A DNA stretch of 64,000 bases from Shigella phage SSP1: the sequence record KY963424; one strand, given 5' to 3'. The translations under genes were made by a program, and so were the position numbers. Below, piece after piece: positions 1-10,729 of this stretch. Positions within the stretch are counted from its first letter, which is position 1. Each line of letters starts with the position of its first letter. The notes beneath the pieces were generated by a model. That model made no database searches and was not told the DNA's origin. It saw nothing but the letters and a program-made list of their open reading frames with translations.

Positions 1-2
1 TT

Positions 3-2051
3 TATGGTGTGCAGAAAATACCTGGAATACCTATTTTTGCGGATACGGAATTACATAATCCTAATATAGTTTACGTAGTATATGCTTTTGCTGAAGGAGA
101 GATAGACGGTTTTCTTGACTTTTCCTTTGGTGATAATCCTATGATTTGTATGGACTCTAATGATAGCTCTGCTAGAACCTGCTTCGGTGTTAAAAAAGTA
201 GCAGGAGACACCATGCAAAGAATAGCATCAGGAATATCTTCTAGTAGTCCTTCTGTGCATGGCCAGGAATATAAATATAACGATGGTAATGGTGATATAA
301 GGATTTGGACTTATCATGGAAAAGCCGATCAAACTGCTTCTGAAGTATTAGTAAATATAGCGAAGGAGCGTGGGTTCTATCTCCAAAGTATGAACGGTAA
401 TGGACCTGAGTACTGGGATGCTAGATATAAACTATTAGATACTGCATACGCGGTAGTACGCTTTACTATTAATGAAAATAGAACTGAGATCCCAGAAGTT
501 AGTGCTGAGATTCAGGGTAAGAAGATAAAAATCTACCATTCTGATGGTAGAGTAACTGCTAATAGTACTAGTTTAAATGGTATTTGGCAAACACTTGACT
601 ACTTAACTTCAGATAGGTATGGTGCAAACATTGCTATTGATCAGTTCCCTCTCCAACAATTGGTACAAGAAGCTGCTATCTTAGATATTATAGATGAATC
701 TTACCAGGTATCTTGGCAGCCATACTGGAGATATGTTGGGTGGACTGATCCATTAGCAGAAAATAGGCAAATAGTACAAATGAATACTATTCTAGATACA
801 TCTGAATCAGTATTTAAAAACGTGCAAGGTTTGCTAGAGTCCTACGGTGGGGCTATTAACAACTTATCTGGTCAATATAGGATTACTGTAGAAAAATATT
901 CTAATACTCCATTAGAGATTAATTTTCTGGATACTTATGGTGATTTAGAGCTATCAGATACTACTGGTAGAAATAAATTCAACTCAGTTCAAGCATCCAT
1001 CGTAGACCCAGCTCTTAGCTGGAAAACTAACTCTATTACCTTTTACAACTCTAAATATAAAGAGCAAGATAAAAATTTAGACAAAAAATTACAATTATCT
1101 TTTGCAAATATAACTAACTACTATACTGCTAGAAGTTTTGCAGACAGAGAGCTTAAAAAATCTAGGTATTCTAGAACCCTCTCATTTTCTTTACCATACC
1201 AATTCATTGGTATTGAGCCTAACGATGCTATTGCATTTACATACGACCGTTATGGATGGGATAAGAAATACTTTTTAGTAGATGAAGTCGAAAACTCTAG
1301 AGAAGGAAAGATAAATGTTACTCTACAAGAGTATGGGGAAGATGTATTTATCAACTCTGATCAAGTAGATAATAGTGGTAATGATATACCAGATATTAGT
1401 AACAATGTTCTTCCTCCTAGAGATTTTAAATATACCCCTACACCCGGTGGTTTAGTTGGTTCTATAGGAAAAAATGGTGAGCTATCTTGGCTTCCAAGTT
1501 TAACTAATAACGTAGTTTATTACTCTATCATGCATTCAGGTCATGCTGAACCCTATATCGTACAGCAACTAGAAACAAATCCCAATGAACGCATGATCCA
1601 AGAGATAATTGGAGAGCCTGCAGGTTTAGCAATATTTGAAATAAGGGCCGTGGATATAAACGGTAGAAGAAGTTCTCCAGTAACATTATCTATAGAACTT
1701 AACTCTGCTAAAAACCTAAGTGTAGTATCTAATTTTAGGGTAACTAATACGGCTTCTGGGGATGTAACTGAGTTTGTAGGCCCAGATGTAAAACTAGCTT
1801 GGGATAGGATACCAGAAGAAGATATAATAGAAAGTATATTCTATACTCTGGAGATCTATGATTCTCAGAATAGAATGCTAAGAAGTGTACGTATTGAAAA
1901 TCAGTATACTTATGACTATTTATTAATGTATAATAAGGCAGATTTTGCTCTTCATAACAGCGATGCTCTAGGAATCAATAGAAAACTATATTTTCGTATT
2001 AGAGCAGAAGGAGATGATGGAGAACAGTCTGTGGAGTGGGCATCCATTTAA
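3..2051 (+). CDS. Tail tip/baseplate protein, pb3-like, 5'-partial (reading frame is open to the window edge)
   Basis: Long ORF with no in-frame stop upstream of position 9; sits directly upstream of pb4-like and tail-fibre genes; product assigned by gene order and size only. Confidence 0.55.
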   Translation, partial: YGVQKIPGIPIFADTELHNPNIVYVVYAFAEGEIDGFLDFSFGDNPMICMDSNDSSARTCFGVKKVAGDTMQRIASGISSSSPSVHGQEYKYNDGNGDIRIWTYHGKADQTASEVLVNIAKERGFYLQSMNGNGPEYWDARYKLLDTAYAVVRFTINENRTEIPEVSAEIQGKKIKIYHSDGRVTANSTSLNGIWQTLDYLTSDRYGANIAIDQFPLQQLVQEAAILDIIDESYQVSWQPYWRYVGWTDPLAENRQIVQMNTILDTSESVFKNVQGLLESYGGAINNLSGQYRITVEKYSNTPLEINFLDTYGDLELSDTTGRNKFNSVQASIVDPALSWKTNSITFYNSKYKEQDKNLDKKLQLSFANITNYYTARSFADRELKKSRYSRTLSFSLPYQFIGIEPNDAIAFTYDRYGWDKKYFLVDEVENSREGKINVTLQEYGEDVFINSDQVDNSGNDIPDISNNVLPPRDFKYTPTPGGLVGSIGKNGELSWLPSLTNNVVYYSIMHSGHAEPYIVQQLETNPNERMIQEIIGEPAGLAIFEIRAVDINGRRSSPVTLSIELNSAKNLSVVSNFRVTNTASGDVTEFVGPDVKLAWDRIPEEDIIESIFYTLEIYDSQNRMLRSVRIENQYTYDYLLMYNKADFALHNSDALGINRKLYFRIRAEGDDGEQSVEWASI

Positions 2052-4108
2052 TGATTTCGAATAATGCACCAGCCAAAATGGTCTTAAATAGTATAATGAC
2101 TGGATATACAATGGCATATGTCCAGCACTCTATATATACTGACTATGACGTTATTGGCAGATCTTTTTGGTTAAAGACAGGAGAAAGTGTAGATAGACGT
2201 GATTATACTGGTATAGATACTTTCTTCGTAATGATTAATAATCTGACCCCTTCAACCTCTTATGAGATTCAAGGGGCTTTCTACGACTCTATTATTGATT
2301 CTGAACTGTTAGAGGCTAAGATTGGTATCAATCTCTCTAATGAGACTAACTTTAGGACAAAAGAGAAGCCAACAATTGTTGCAGCAAGATCTGAATCAGA
2401 ACCTGTGGATGTTGGGGTAGGTGCACCGATAGTTATCGTAGAAACAACTGGTGAAGCAAGCTACTGTACTATTGAGTTAAAAAGTACAGCTACTGAAGAC
2501 AGTCCTTGGACTAAGTATTACATTGGTGCTTTAGGTTCTACTATTAAATTTGGTGGAGTTCCTATCGGAGATTACAAGATCAGAATATCTGGTCAAGTAA
2601 CTATGCCTGATGGTGTTACAGTTGATTCTTCTGGGTATTATGAATTCCCTAATATTTTAACTGTAGCGTATAATTTTGTTCCTCCTACTGCACCTATCAA
2701 TATTGTTTTTAAAGCTGCACGAATTGCTGATGGTAAAGAACGCTATGATGTTAGAATTGAGTGGGATTGGGAACGCGGTGGCGGTGCTAATGTTCGTGAG
2801 TTCTTGGTTACTTATATAAACTCTGAAGAATACGGTAAGACTGGCTGGGCTAAAGCCCAAAAGATAAACGTTGGTGCTGCTAGAGCTGCAACAATTATAT
2901 CCTTTCCATGGAAAGTTGAGCATACTTTTAAGGTATCATCAATTGCCTGGGGACCAAATAAGCAGGATATAACAGAATCAGCTCCTGTAACATTTATATT
3001 GAATGAAGATACTCCTCTAGACAACAGCTTTGTCAATGAGACGGGTATTGATGTTAACTATGCCTTTATTAAAGGCAGCATGAAAGATGGAGAAATCTGG
3101 AGACAGACATTCTTAATCGATGCAGCTACTGGTGCTATTAACATCGGTCTGCTAGATGAAGAGGGAAAAGCACCTATTTCTTTTGATCCTATAAACCGTG
3201 TTGTTAACGTTGATGGTAAAGTAATTACTAGAGATATTAATGCTGCGAATTTTATCATGACTAACTTATCCGGTAAGGATAATCCAGCAATTTATACTCA
3301 AGGTAAATCTTGGGGAGATAATAACTCCGGTATTTGGATGGGCATGGATAATACCTCTGCCAAAGCTAAGTTAGACATTGGTAATGCCACACAGTGGATT
3401 CGTTATGATGGTGATGTGCTACGTATCTCTAGTGGTGTAGTAATTGGGACACCAAATGGCGATGTAGATATTGGTACTGGGATGCAGGGTAAACAAACAG
3501 TATTTGTTTATAAGTTAGCAACATCTCTACCCGCTAAACCACTAGAACAAGATTACCCGCCTCCTGGTTGGTCAAAAACTCCACCTAACCGTACAGATAT
3601 GACACAAAATATCTATGCAACTACGGGTACACTTGATCCGGTTACTAACAAACTTCTTGAAGGTACTAGCTGGTCTGATGTAGTTCAGTGGAGTGGTACT
3701 GAAGGTACTATTGGTGCAGATGGTCAAAGGGGGCCTGGCATGTATTCCTTAGGTATTCCAGGTCTTGGAGGCTGGGATGATGGACAAGCTAATGCCTTCT
3801 TCCAGAATAACTTTGGTAGTCCACCAGTTAGATATGATGTATTGACTGAGTTTAATAGTAATGCTCCGCAATCTGCATTTACTCGTCAATGGAATGGTTC
3901 CGGTTGGATTAACCCTGCAATGGTTCTTCATGGCAACATGATTGTTAATGGAACTGTGACTGCTGATAAGATTGTGGCAGGAAATGCCTTCTTATCACAA
4001 ATCGGTGTTAATATAATCTATGATAGAAATGCTGCGTTATCAGGGAACCCTGAAGCATACTATAAGATGAAGATAGACCTAAATAGTGGGTATATCCATA
4101 TAAGGTAA
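2051..4108 (+). CDS. Tail straight-fibre/baseplate protein, pb4-like (about 686 aa)
   Basis: ATG overlaps upstream stop (TAATG); size and position match T5 pb4 as recalled; a GTG/ATG at 2036 is an alternative start. Confidence 0.55.
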   Translation: MISNNAPAKMVLNSIMTGYTMAYVQHSIYTDYDVIGRSFWLKTGESVDRRDYTGIDTFFVMINNLTPSTSYEIQGAFYDSIIDSELLEAKIGINLSNETNFRTKEKPTIVAARSESEPVDVGVGAPIVIVETTGEASYCTIELKSTATEDSPWTKYYIGALGSTIKFGGVPIGDYKIRISGQVTMPDGVTVDSSGYYEFPNILTVAYNFVPPTAPINIVFKAARIADGKERYDVRIEWDWERGGGANVREFLVTYINSEEYGKTGWAKAQKINVGAARAATIISFPWKVEHTFKVSSIAWGPNKQDITESAPVTFILNEDTPLDNSFVNETGIDVNYAFIKGSMKDGEIWRQTFLIDAATGAINIGLLDEEGKAPISFDPINRVVNVDGKVITRDINAANFIMTNLSGKDNPAIYTQGKSWGDNNSGIWMGMDNTSAKAKLDIGNATQWIRYDGDVLRISSGVVIGTPNGDVDIGTGMQGKQTVFVYKLATSLPAKPLEQDYPPPGWSKTPPNRTDMTQNIYATTGTLDPVTNKLLEGTSWSDVVQWSGTEGTIGADGQRGPGMYSLGIPGLGGWDDGQANAFFQNNFGSPPVRYDVLTEFNSNAPQSAFTRQWNGSGWINPAMVLHGNMIVNGTVTADKIVAGNAFLSQIGVNIIYDRNAALSGNPEAYYKMKIDLNSGYIHIR

Positions 4109-4112
4109 AATA

Positions 4113-4535
4113 ATGAGTACAGAAAATAGAGTAATTGATATTGTTGTTGATGAGAAAGTACCTTATGGTCTTGTCATGCAGTTTATGGATGTTGATGATA
4201 GTGTCTACCCTCCCTCTGAAATACCTGTTAACCTAACAGGTTACTCACTTCGTGGAACTATTAAAGCAAGTCTTGATGAAGATGCAGAAACTTTAGCTAC
4301 TTTTAAAACTCGTATAATCGATGCGGCTCAAGGAGCTGCTGCTATTAGCCTTAGTGTTGGAGATGTTAATAATATTGGTATTAAGGCATCCAAAGAGCGT
4401 GATAAATATAACCCAAGACAACGTTTTGCAGGCTATTACGATATTCTAATGACCCGCGATGTTATTGGTTCAGAAGTCAGTTCTTTCCGTATTATGGAAG
4501 GAAAGGTTTATGTGAGTGATGGGGTAACTCAATAA
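4113..4535 (+). CDS. Small tail protein, 140 aa, possibly collar (p132-like)
   Basis: Compact ORF between pb4-like and tail-fibre genes; same length as T5 p132 as recalled. Confidence 0.45.
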   Translation: MSTENRVIDIVVDEKVPYGLVMQFMDVDDSVYPPSEIPVNLTGYSLRGTIKASLDEDAETLATFKTRIIDAAQGAAAISLSVGDVNNIGIKASKERDKYNPRQRFAGYYDILMTRDVIGSEVSSFRIMEGKVYVSDGVTQ

Positions 4536-7500
4536 TGGCACTTAAAACTAAAATTATTGTACAGCAGATTCTGAACATAGATGACACTACAACTACTGCT
4601 AGTAAGTACCCTAAATATACAGTAGTTTTAGGAAATTCTATTAGCTCTATTACTGCTGGTGAATTAACTTCTGCTGTAGAAGCCTCCGCTGCTTCTGCGG
4701 CAGCAGCAAAAGGTTCTGAAATTGCTGCTAAAGATTCTGAGAATAAAGCAAAAGACTCCGAAATTATGGCGGGTATCTATGCAGATTCTTCCCAAACATC
4801 AGCTACTCAATCCGCAGCTTCAGCAGCAGAATCTGAGAAACAAGCTAGATTATCTCAGAAGAGTGCAGATGCTTCTGCTACATCAGCGGAAGAGTCTAAA
4901 GGATTTAGAGATTCTGCTGAACTAGCTGCTCAGAATGCTGAGAACAGTCGTAGACTTGCTGAACAAGCTAAGTCTGCTGCGCAAGCTGCTCAAACAGCGG
5001 CTGAAACTGCTAAGACTGGTGCTGAAACAGCAAAAGCTGGAGCAGATGCTGCTGCTACAACTGCTGGAGAACACGCTGCTGCTGCGAAACAATCAGAATT
5101 AAATGCTAAAACTTCTGAGACTAATGCTGCTAGCTCTGCTACAGAAGCGGGGGACAAAGCTATTGATGCTACTACTGAAGCAGATCGTGCTAAAGCTGAA
5201 GCAGATCGTGCAACTCAGATTGTTGATAGTAAACTTGATAAGGTAGATATTTCTGGTTTCATCAAAGTTTATAAGACTAAAGCAGAAGCCGATGCGGATG
5301 TTGGAAGTCGTGTACTAGGGGAGAAGATCCTAGTATGGAATCAAACTGATTCAAAATATGGGTGGTATAAGGTCACTGGTACTGCCGAAGCTCCTGTTCT
5401 AGAATTAGCAGAAATAGAGCAAAAGCTAGTTTCTATTAATAACGTTCGTGCAGATGACGCGGGTAACGTACAGATTACTCTTCCTGGTGGTAACCCCTCT
5501 TTATGGCTAGGTGAAGTTACTTGGTTCCCTTATGATAAAGATTCAGGTGTTGGCTATCCCGGTGTTCTGCCTGCCGATGGCCGTGAAGTCCTTCGTGTAG
5601 ACTACCCAGACACTTGGGAAGCCATCGAAGCTGGTCTAATTCCTTCTGTATCAGAAGCTGAATGGCAGGCTGGTGCAATACTCTACTTCTCCACTGGTGA
5701 TGGTTCTACAACCTTCCGTTTACCAGATATGATGCAAGGGCAGGCTTTCCGTGCACCAACTAAAGGTGAAGAAAATGCTGGTGCTATCAAAGAACAAATT
5801 CCTTATATCACCACTGTGAATGGAATTAGTCCTGCTGACGATACTGGAGCTATTAAGCTCCCTTACGTGGCGATGGTTAATGGAACTATTATACCAGATG
5901 AGAATGGAAACCTAGCACTAGGTAACGTTGTTACTAAGAATGTTTGGAATGGTACTGATGGAGAAGTTCTACTTCGTGGTGCTTTTGGTTTAGGTGGTGC
6001 TGGTATTGCGTTAAATGAACCTGATATAGTATCATTTTTTAAGGCTATGAGAGCTTTTGGCTCTGGGTATTATCGCAATGATACGGGATTTGATGGCTTG
6101 CCTGCATACGCTGCAGGTTTCTACTCCAGGGTAGCAGATACTAACTCGTTTATCTGCCCATCGTATGGTAGTGCTTCAGTATTTGTAGCTGCAATCAATG
6201 ATGCTGGTTTAGATAGTGAAAACCCTATTGTTCATACTAATATTCTTTATGGTACTGTTAATAAGCCAGATCTAAATGGTGATACTAATGGAGTTCTTAG
6301 TGTTGGTAAAGGCGGTACTGGAGCTACCACAGTTAGTGCTGCTAAGAAAGCTTTAGAAGTTGGTGGAGTTTTCTGTAATGATAGCCCAGCTGATGCTGCT
6401 TTCAACTCTCTCCAGAGCCCTGCTGGTATTCATGAGTTTAGACTAACTAATGAGGGGTTATGGGGTGTATGGAAGAAGGGGGAAGAAACGGTAGCTGCGT
6501 TGCCTATAGGCTCTGGTGGTACAGGAGCTACTGATAAAGTTGCTGCACGTGATAACTTTGAATTGGGGTATCATAATACTCCTAGATTTACTGGGGTAGA
6601 TCTATCTAATCCCGAAAGCATACCCTATAGTGGTATCCTTAATCTAAACAGGCTAAAGGAATCTGATCAAAATGTTATTACTCAGGGTAGAATCTATCAT
6701 GAGATGCAATCAGATTTGGCTAAAATTACCCTTCATATTAACAATACTTTAAATGGTGCAAACCGTTATATACAGTTTGTAGAAAATGGTGATTTAACTG
6801 GGCTACAGAATGTACATGCAGTTAACTACCTTGCAAGTGGTTATGTTACAGCCCAGGGATGGATCAAAGGCGGGGAAAAAATCTATATACAGCAAACAGG
6901 TGGGGGCAACAGGGAAATTAGTATGGCTGTACCTACTCCTAATAATGACCCTGGTGCTGGTTCTTGGGTTAACTTACTACAGGGTAACTGGTATAACGGT
7001 TACTGGCAAGTAGGTGGTATCCGTGGTAGTGGACCGGACTTAGACTGCCTCCGTATTGGAGTTAACAACTCTGGTACAGATTGGAAGGAATTCAATTTCT
7101 ACAACTCCTATGGTGGCCATATAACTGCTCCAAAAGGTTTTCGTGGTCAGTGTACTCAAGGATATTGGGGCTTAGAGTGGGATTACATGGGCGCCCCATT
7201 TCATGCAGAGTCTGTAGCAAATAATGATGGTGGTTGGTCTCCTATAGTATCGGGAGGTTCTTTATCCGCTGGTGGATATCATTTAAGAATAGGCCTTGGC
7301 TGTATCTCTAATGGTAACGCTGCATGGCCTGACGCTGCTCTTAAGTTAAATGGGGATGGCCAGTTCCACCGTTCATTCAACTTTAGAACAAACGGTAGCG
7401 TGTATACTTGGGGTAATGATCCTTGGGGAGGTAACTATGACTTTGCTATGAACCCTTCTTCAGATAGAGATATCAAAAGAGATATTAATTATGATGATGG

Positions 7501-7885
7501 GTTAGCCTCCTATGAGAATATAAAGCAATTTAAACCTACCACATTTATCTATAAACTAGATAAGTATAATCGTGTACGCCGTGGTGTTATTGCTCAAGAT
7601 CTTTATAAAATTGACCCTGAGTACGTAAAACTGGTTCCTGGTTCCCCTATCATAGAAACTCCAGAACATCATTGCTGTGACGAAAAAACTGAGAACGTAG
7701 AAAGTAAGATCATTGACTATGAGGATGATACTTTAGCTCTGGATATTAACCCGATCGCTATTGATACGGCATTAGCAGTTCGTTACTTGTCTCTAAAGTT
7801 CGAAGAGTCCCAGGAAGAACTGAAGTCCGTTAAGGCAGAACTGGCAGAGTTAAAAGCTCTAGTAGCCACTCTGGTAAATAAGTAA
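4535..7885 (+). CDS. L-shaped tail fibre protein (LtfA/pb1-like) with C-terminal intramolecular chaperone (peptidase S74) domain
   Basis: 1116 aa; Ala/Ser/Glu-rich N-terminal coiled region; repeated GGTGAT..AKKAL motifs; C-terminal DIKRDINYDD...VIAQDLYKIDPEYVKL resembles the self-cleaving chaperone domain of phage fibres and endosialidases. Confidence 0.8.
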   Translation: MALKTKIIVQQILNIDDTTTTASKYPKYTVVLGNSISSITAGELTSAVEASAASAAAAKGSEIAAKDSENKAKDSEIMAGIYADSSQTSATQSAASAAESEKQARLSQKSADASATSAEESKGFRDSAELAAQNAENSRRLAEQAKSAAQAAQTAAETAKTGAETAKAGADAAATTAGEHAAAAKQSELNAKTSETNAASSATEAGDKAIDATTEADRAKAEADRATQIVDSKLDKVDISGFIKVYKTKAEADADVGSRVLGEKILVWNQTDSKYGWYKVTGTAEAPVLELAEIEQKLVSINNVRADDAGNVQITLPGGNPSLWLGEVTWFPYDKDSGVGYPGVLPADGREVLRVDYPDTWEAIEAGLIPSVSEAEWQAGAILYFSTGDGSTTFRLPDMMQGQAFRAPTKGEENAGAIKEQIPYITTVNGISPADDTGAIKLPYVAMVNGTIIPDENGNLALGNVVTKNVWNGTDGEVLLRGAFGLGGAGIALNEPDIVSFFKAMRAFGSGYYRNDTGFDGLPAYAAGFYSRVADTNSFICPSYGSASVFVAAINDAGLDSENPIVHTNILYGTVNKPDLNGDTNGVLSVGKGGTGATTVSAAKKALEVGGVFCNDSPADAAFNSLQSPAGIHEFRLTNEGLWGVWKKGEETVAALPIGSGGTGATDKVAARDNFELGYHNTPRFTGVDLSNPESIPYSGILNLNRLKESDQNVITQGRIYHEMQSDLAKITLHINNTLNGANRYIQFVENGDLTGLQNVHAVNYLASGYVTAQGWIKGGEKIYIQQTGGGNREISMAVPTPNNDPGAGSWVNLLQGNWYNGYWQVGGIRGSGPDLDCLRIGVNNSGTDWKEFNFYNSYGGHITAPKGFRGQCTQGYWGLEWDYMGAPFHAESVANNDGGWSPIVSGGSLSAGGYHLRIGLGCISNGNAAWPDAALKLNGDGQFHRSFNFRTNGSVYTWGNDPWGGNYDFAMNPSSDRDIKRDINYDDGLASYENIKQFKPTTFIYKLDKYNRVRRGVIAQDLYKIDPEYVKLVPGSPIIETPEHHCCDEKTENVESKIIDYEDDTLALDINPIAIDTALAVRYLSLKFEESQEELKSVKAELAELKALVATLVNK

Positions 7886-7891
7886 GAGTAT

Positions 7892-7912
7892 AGGGGAGTA
7901 ATTCTCCCCTAT
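7892..7912 (+). terminator. Hairpin after first tail-fibre gene
   Basis: AGGGGAG-TAATT-CTCCCCT inverted repeat followed by ATTTACT. Confidence 0.45.
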
Positions 7913-7928
7913 TTACTAAGGAAATACT

Positions 7929-10016
7929 ATGTCACGTAATTTAATGCCTAAATCTGGCGCAATGGCGCCTTACGTAGTAGTTAACAGAGACGCTGCAGTT
8001 GCTGGTGTTTTCTCTGTCGATGGAGAGGCTGGTGCTGTTGTACTAACTTCCAAATATCTACAAATTACAAAATATACTACTGATAAAGCTGCTACTGATG
8101 CATCTATTAATAGTATTAATGAATCAATTGGTAATATTAATACTGCATTAGGTGGTATTAATACTACTTTAGGTACTAAAGCTGCTAAAGGTGCTAATAA
8201 CGATATTACAGAATTAAATGCACTGACTAAAGCTATTACTATTGCTCAGGGTGGTACTGGTGCTACTACGTTAGAGGGTGCTAAGAAGGCCTTACAAGTT
8301 GAGCGCCTTCGCCAACAGAGTAATGGAACTTTTATTGTATCTCCTAATGAGAAATATTCTTTATTTATATATGATAGTGGAGATTTTGGTCTACTTGATA
8401 ATTCTACCGCAGCAGTACAAGCATTAAAAGTTGCATTTGGTGGTACTGGAGGAACTACTCCAAAAGCAGCAAGAAAAAATCTTAATGTTCCGGTTGGCGC
8501 CTCGGCTGAAAAAATTGCTGATGGGGAAGATGTTCTAAACTATATTGCGGTTGCAGGTCAAAGTGGATACTATTCATCTGGTGAATTAATAGTTAATGGG
8601 CCTCCTAAGCAAGAAGGTTGGTGGGCCTATAACTTCCACTGTCATGGTGTGGATATTAACGGAGCTGCTCAGTATGGTACACTAAAAGCTACAGGAGCAC
8701 TTGGAAGTACTTGGATCAATATTCTAGATGGTACAGACAACTGGAGAGGATGGAAAGAGCAATTTAATACCCAGTCTATCATACAGTTTTCAAATGGGGG
8801 TACTGGTGCTACTTCTAAAGATGGTGCAAGAACTAACCTGGATATTGACAGATTCAAACAAAGTGCTACTGAGACTATGGTATATGCTCCCGGAAGTGGA
8901 TTTAGAATCACTGCTAGGCCTAATGGGGAATGGGGTACATGGAGAGATGATACCGGTACTTGGGTTCCTTTGGCTATTACAGCCGGGGGTACAGGAGCTA
9001 ATTCTGCCGACCAAGCTAGAAAAAATCTAGAGTTAACAGAGTGGAACCTCTTATCCTCTATGGATGGTAAATACCCTAATGGGTTTAATTTTGACACTCT
9101 TGCTGTAAATAGTAAGTTTACTGTTCCACCTACTGGAGGAAATATTGTTGGTACCCGACCATACCAACAAATAAACGGGTTGGAAGACGCTTGGTTTTTC
9201 CTAGAGACTCTAGTACACCCAGATCCTAACTATAGAATGCAAAGAGCCACCACGTTTACAGGAACTTGGAAAGGTTCAGTAAGCGTACGTATTATGGAGA
9301 ATGGTACTTGGGGTGTATGGCAACAAGCTCATGGGGCTTTGGGGCAATTAGTTAATGCAATCTCTAACCGAGGTGCCATTAGAGTACAGGGGGCTGCAAG
9401 TGGGGAATCTGGGTCACTAATAAGTGGTGCTATTACTGGTGGTTCATTTACTGATTGGAGATCAAGACCTACAGGAGTACTAGTAGAACATACTGGATTG
9501 GATTCTGCATCTTCTGTATTTAAAAGCGTAATGTGGGGTGTAGACTGGTTAGCCGGTATGGATGTAGTAGGCTGGAGTGCCGGCGGTGCACAGTTAAACA
9601 TGTATTGCAGGGGGGCTGAGTTTCGTTTTGATAGCGCTGGTAATGCTGTTGGTGGTAACTGGGTAAGCAGTTCTGATATTCGCATGAAAGCCAATCTTAA
9701 GGAAATTGAGAATGCTCGTGATAAGGTTAAGTCTCTAGTAGGCTATACATACTACAAGAGAAATACTCTAGCAGAAGAAAGAGATACCGTGTACAGTACT
9801 GAGGCTGGTGTTATCGCTCAAGATGTGCAATCTGTTCTCCCAGAAGCAGTGTACAAGATTGAGCCACAAAAAGAAGACAGTATGCTTGGTGTCTCCCATG
9901 CAGGTGTCAATGCTCTTCTAGTTAATGCTTTTAATGAACTTAACGAAGTTGTTGAAAAGCAGCAACAAGAGATTGATGAGCTTAAGAAACTGGTAAAACA
10001 GTTACTTGATAAATAA
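7929..10016 (+). CDS. Second tail fibre protein (LtfB-like) with C-terminal intramolecular chaperone (S74) domain
   Basis: 695 aa; four GGTGAT(T)..A(K/R)KAL/NL repeat units; C-terminal SSSDIRMKANL...VIAQDVQSVLPEAVYKI chaperone-like domain; RBS AAGGAAA upstream. Confidence 0.8.
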   Translation: MSRNLMPKSGAMAPYVVVNRDAAVAGVFSVDGEAGAVVLTSKYLQITKYTTDKAATDASINSINESIGNINTALGGINTTLGTKAAKGANNDITELNALTKAITIAQGGTGATTLEGAKKALQVERLRQQSNGTFIVSPNEKYSLFIYDSGDFGLLDNSTAAVQALKVAFGGTGGTTPKAARKNLNVPVGASAEKIADGEDVLNYIAVAGQSGYYSSGELIVNGPPKQEGWWAYNFHCHGVDINGAAQYGTLKATGALGSTWINILDGTDNWRGWKEQFNTQSIIQFSNGGTGATSKDGARTNLDIDRFKQSATETMVYAPGSGFRITARPNGEWGTWRDDTGTWVPLAITAGGTGANSADQARKNLELTEWNLLSSMDGKYPNGFNFDTLAVNSKFTVPPTGGNIVGTRPYQQINGLEDAWFFLETLVHPDPNYRMQRATTFTGTWKGSVSVRIMENGTWGVWQQAHGALGQLVNAISNRGAIRVQGAASGESGSLISGAITGGSFTDWRSRPTGVLVEHTGLDSASSVFKSVMWGVDWLAGMDVVGWSAGGAQLNMYCRGAEFRFDSAGNAVGGNWVSSSDIRMKANLKEIENARDKVKSLVGYTYYKRNTLAEERDTVYSTEAGVIAQDVQSVLPEAVYKIEPQKEDSMLGVSHAGVNALLVNAFNELNEVVEKQQQEIDELKKLVKQLLDK

Positions 10017-10020
10017 AAGA

Positions 10021-10050
10021 AAACCCCAGTGGATTGCCCACTGGGGTTTA
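10021..10050. terminator. Bidirectional intrinsic terminator between convergent late (+) and early (-) blocks
   Basis: CCCCAGTGG-ATTGC-CCACTGGGG perfect hairpin flanked by A-run upstream and T-run downstream. Confidence 0.7.
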
Positions 10051-10053
10051 TTA

Positions 10054-10320
10054 TTACCTGCTACCAGCAATAATACCTAAATTAAACACTGCTAACATAG
10101 CTCGAAGAGTAGGATCTTCTGAATTACTACATAGTTCGATAAAAGCCTCCTCATCCCAATGGATTACATTGCCTTCACGATCTACTTTGAGAACTACGTT
10201 ATTCATGTCTGGTTCTGCTACCATAACATGATGATATGTAGCGGGATGTTCAAATGATCCTACCATATTAGGATCAACAAAATTATTTACTTCCTGAACT
10301 TCCAAATCCACCTTCTCCAC
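10054..10320 (-). CDS. Hypothetical protein (88 aa)
   Basis: ORF at 3' end of the minus-strand early block; no recognisable motif. Confidence 0.4.
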   Translation of the reverse strand: MEKVDLEVQEVNNFVDPNMVGSFEHPATYHHVMVAEPDMNNVVLKVDREGNVIHWDEEAFIELCSNSEDPTLRAMLAVFNLGIIAGSR

Positions 10321-10729
10321 GATTAGTCTCCTCTAGTTCGTCAACGATTTTAAAATTATGGGTTGAGTAGTGTGGTACTATCACCAACTGACAAAGTCTT
10401 TCGAAATTTTCTAATGTTTGTATTTCAGAACCGTAGTTAAATAGATTCATCTTAATAGTTCCACGATAGTCTGAGTCAATCACTCCTGCGGTGTTTGCGA
10501 TCATCAGATGACGCTTACCTAAAGAGCTGCGAGGAACTACCAAACCGAACCAACCTCGCGGAATTTCCACCGCGACACCGGTGTCAATCATTAAGGATTT
10601 GCCTGGTGCAATAGCACGTAAATCTGCGGCAGGGTTAGTACCAAAGAACGCTCGTAAATCCATACCTGCGGCATCTTCGGAACCAATCTTAGGCATACAA
10701 TCTGGATGAGTTAATTTAATTTTAATCAT
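10283..10729 (-). CDS. dut: dUTP pyrophosphatase
   Basis: 148 aa; motifs AGMDLRA, RSSLGKRHLMIANTAGVIDSDYRG typical of trimeric dUTPases. Confidence 0.85.
   Translation of the reverse strand: MIKIKLTHPDCMPKIGSEDAAGMDLRAFFGTNPAADLRAIAPGKSLMIDTGVAVEIPRGWFGLVVPRSSLGKRHLMIANTAGVIDSDYRGTIKMNLFNYGSEIQTLENFERLCQLVIVPHYSTHNFKIVDELEETNRGEGGFGSSGSK

Noticed and set aside
2657-3931. Minus-strand ORFs inside the pb4-like gene (2657..2923, 2812..3036, 3058..3258, 3749..3931)
   Set aside because: Fully embedded antisense to a long, well-supported coding frame; no RBS; typical shadow ORFs
4722-4925. Plus-strand ORF 4722..4925 (and 6810..7013) inside the tail-fibre gene
   Set aside because: Alternative frame of an Ala-rich coding region; low-complexity translation
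8100-9050. Repeated GGTGGTACTGG(A/T)GCTACT-like DNA repeats, considered as a possible CRISPR or repeat array
   Set aside because: They are in-frame coding repeats (GGTGAT motif) of the tail-fibre protein, with irregular spacing and no spacer architecture
8669-9694. ORFs antisense or out-of-frame within the second fibre gene (8669..9097, 8728..9030, 8790..9014, 9329..9694)
   Set aside because: Overlap the strongly supported fibre frame; no independent signals
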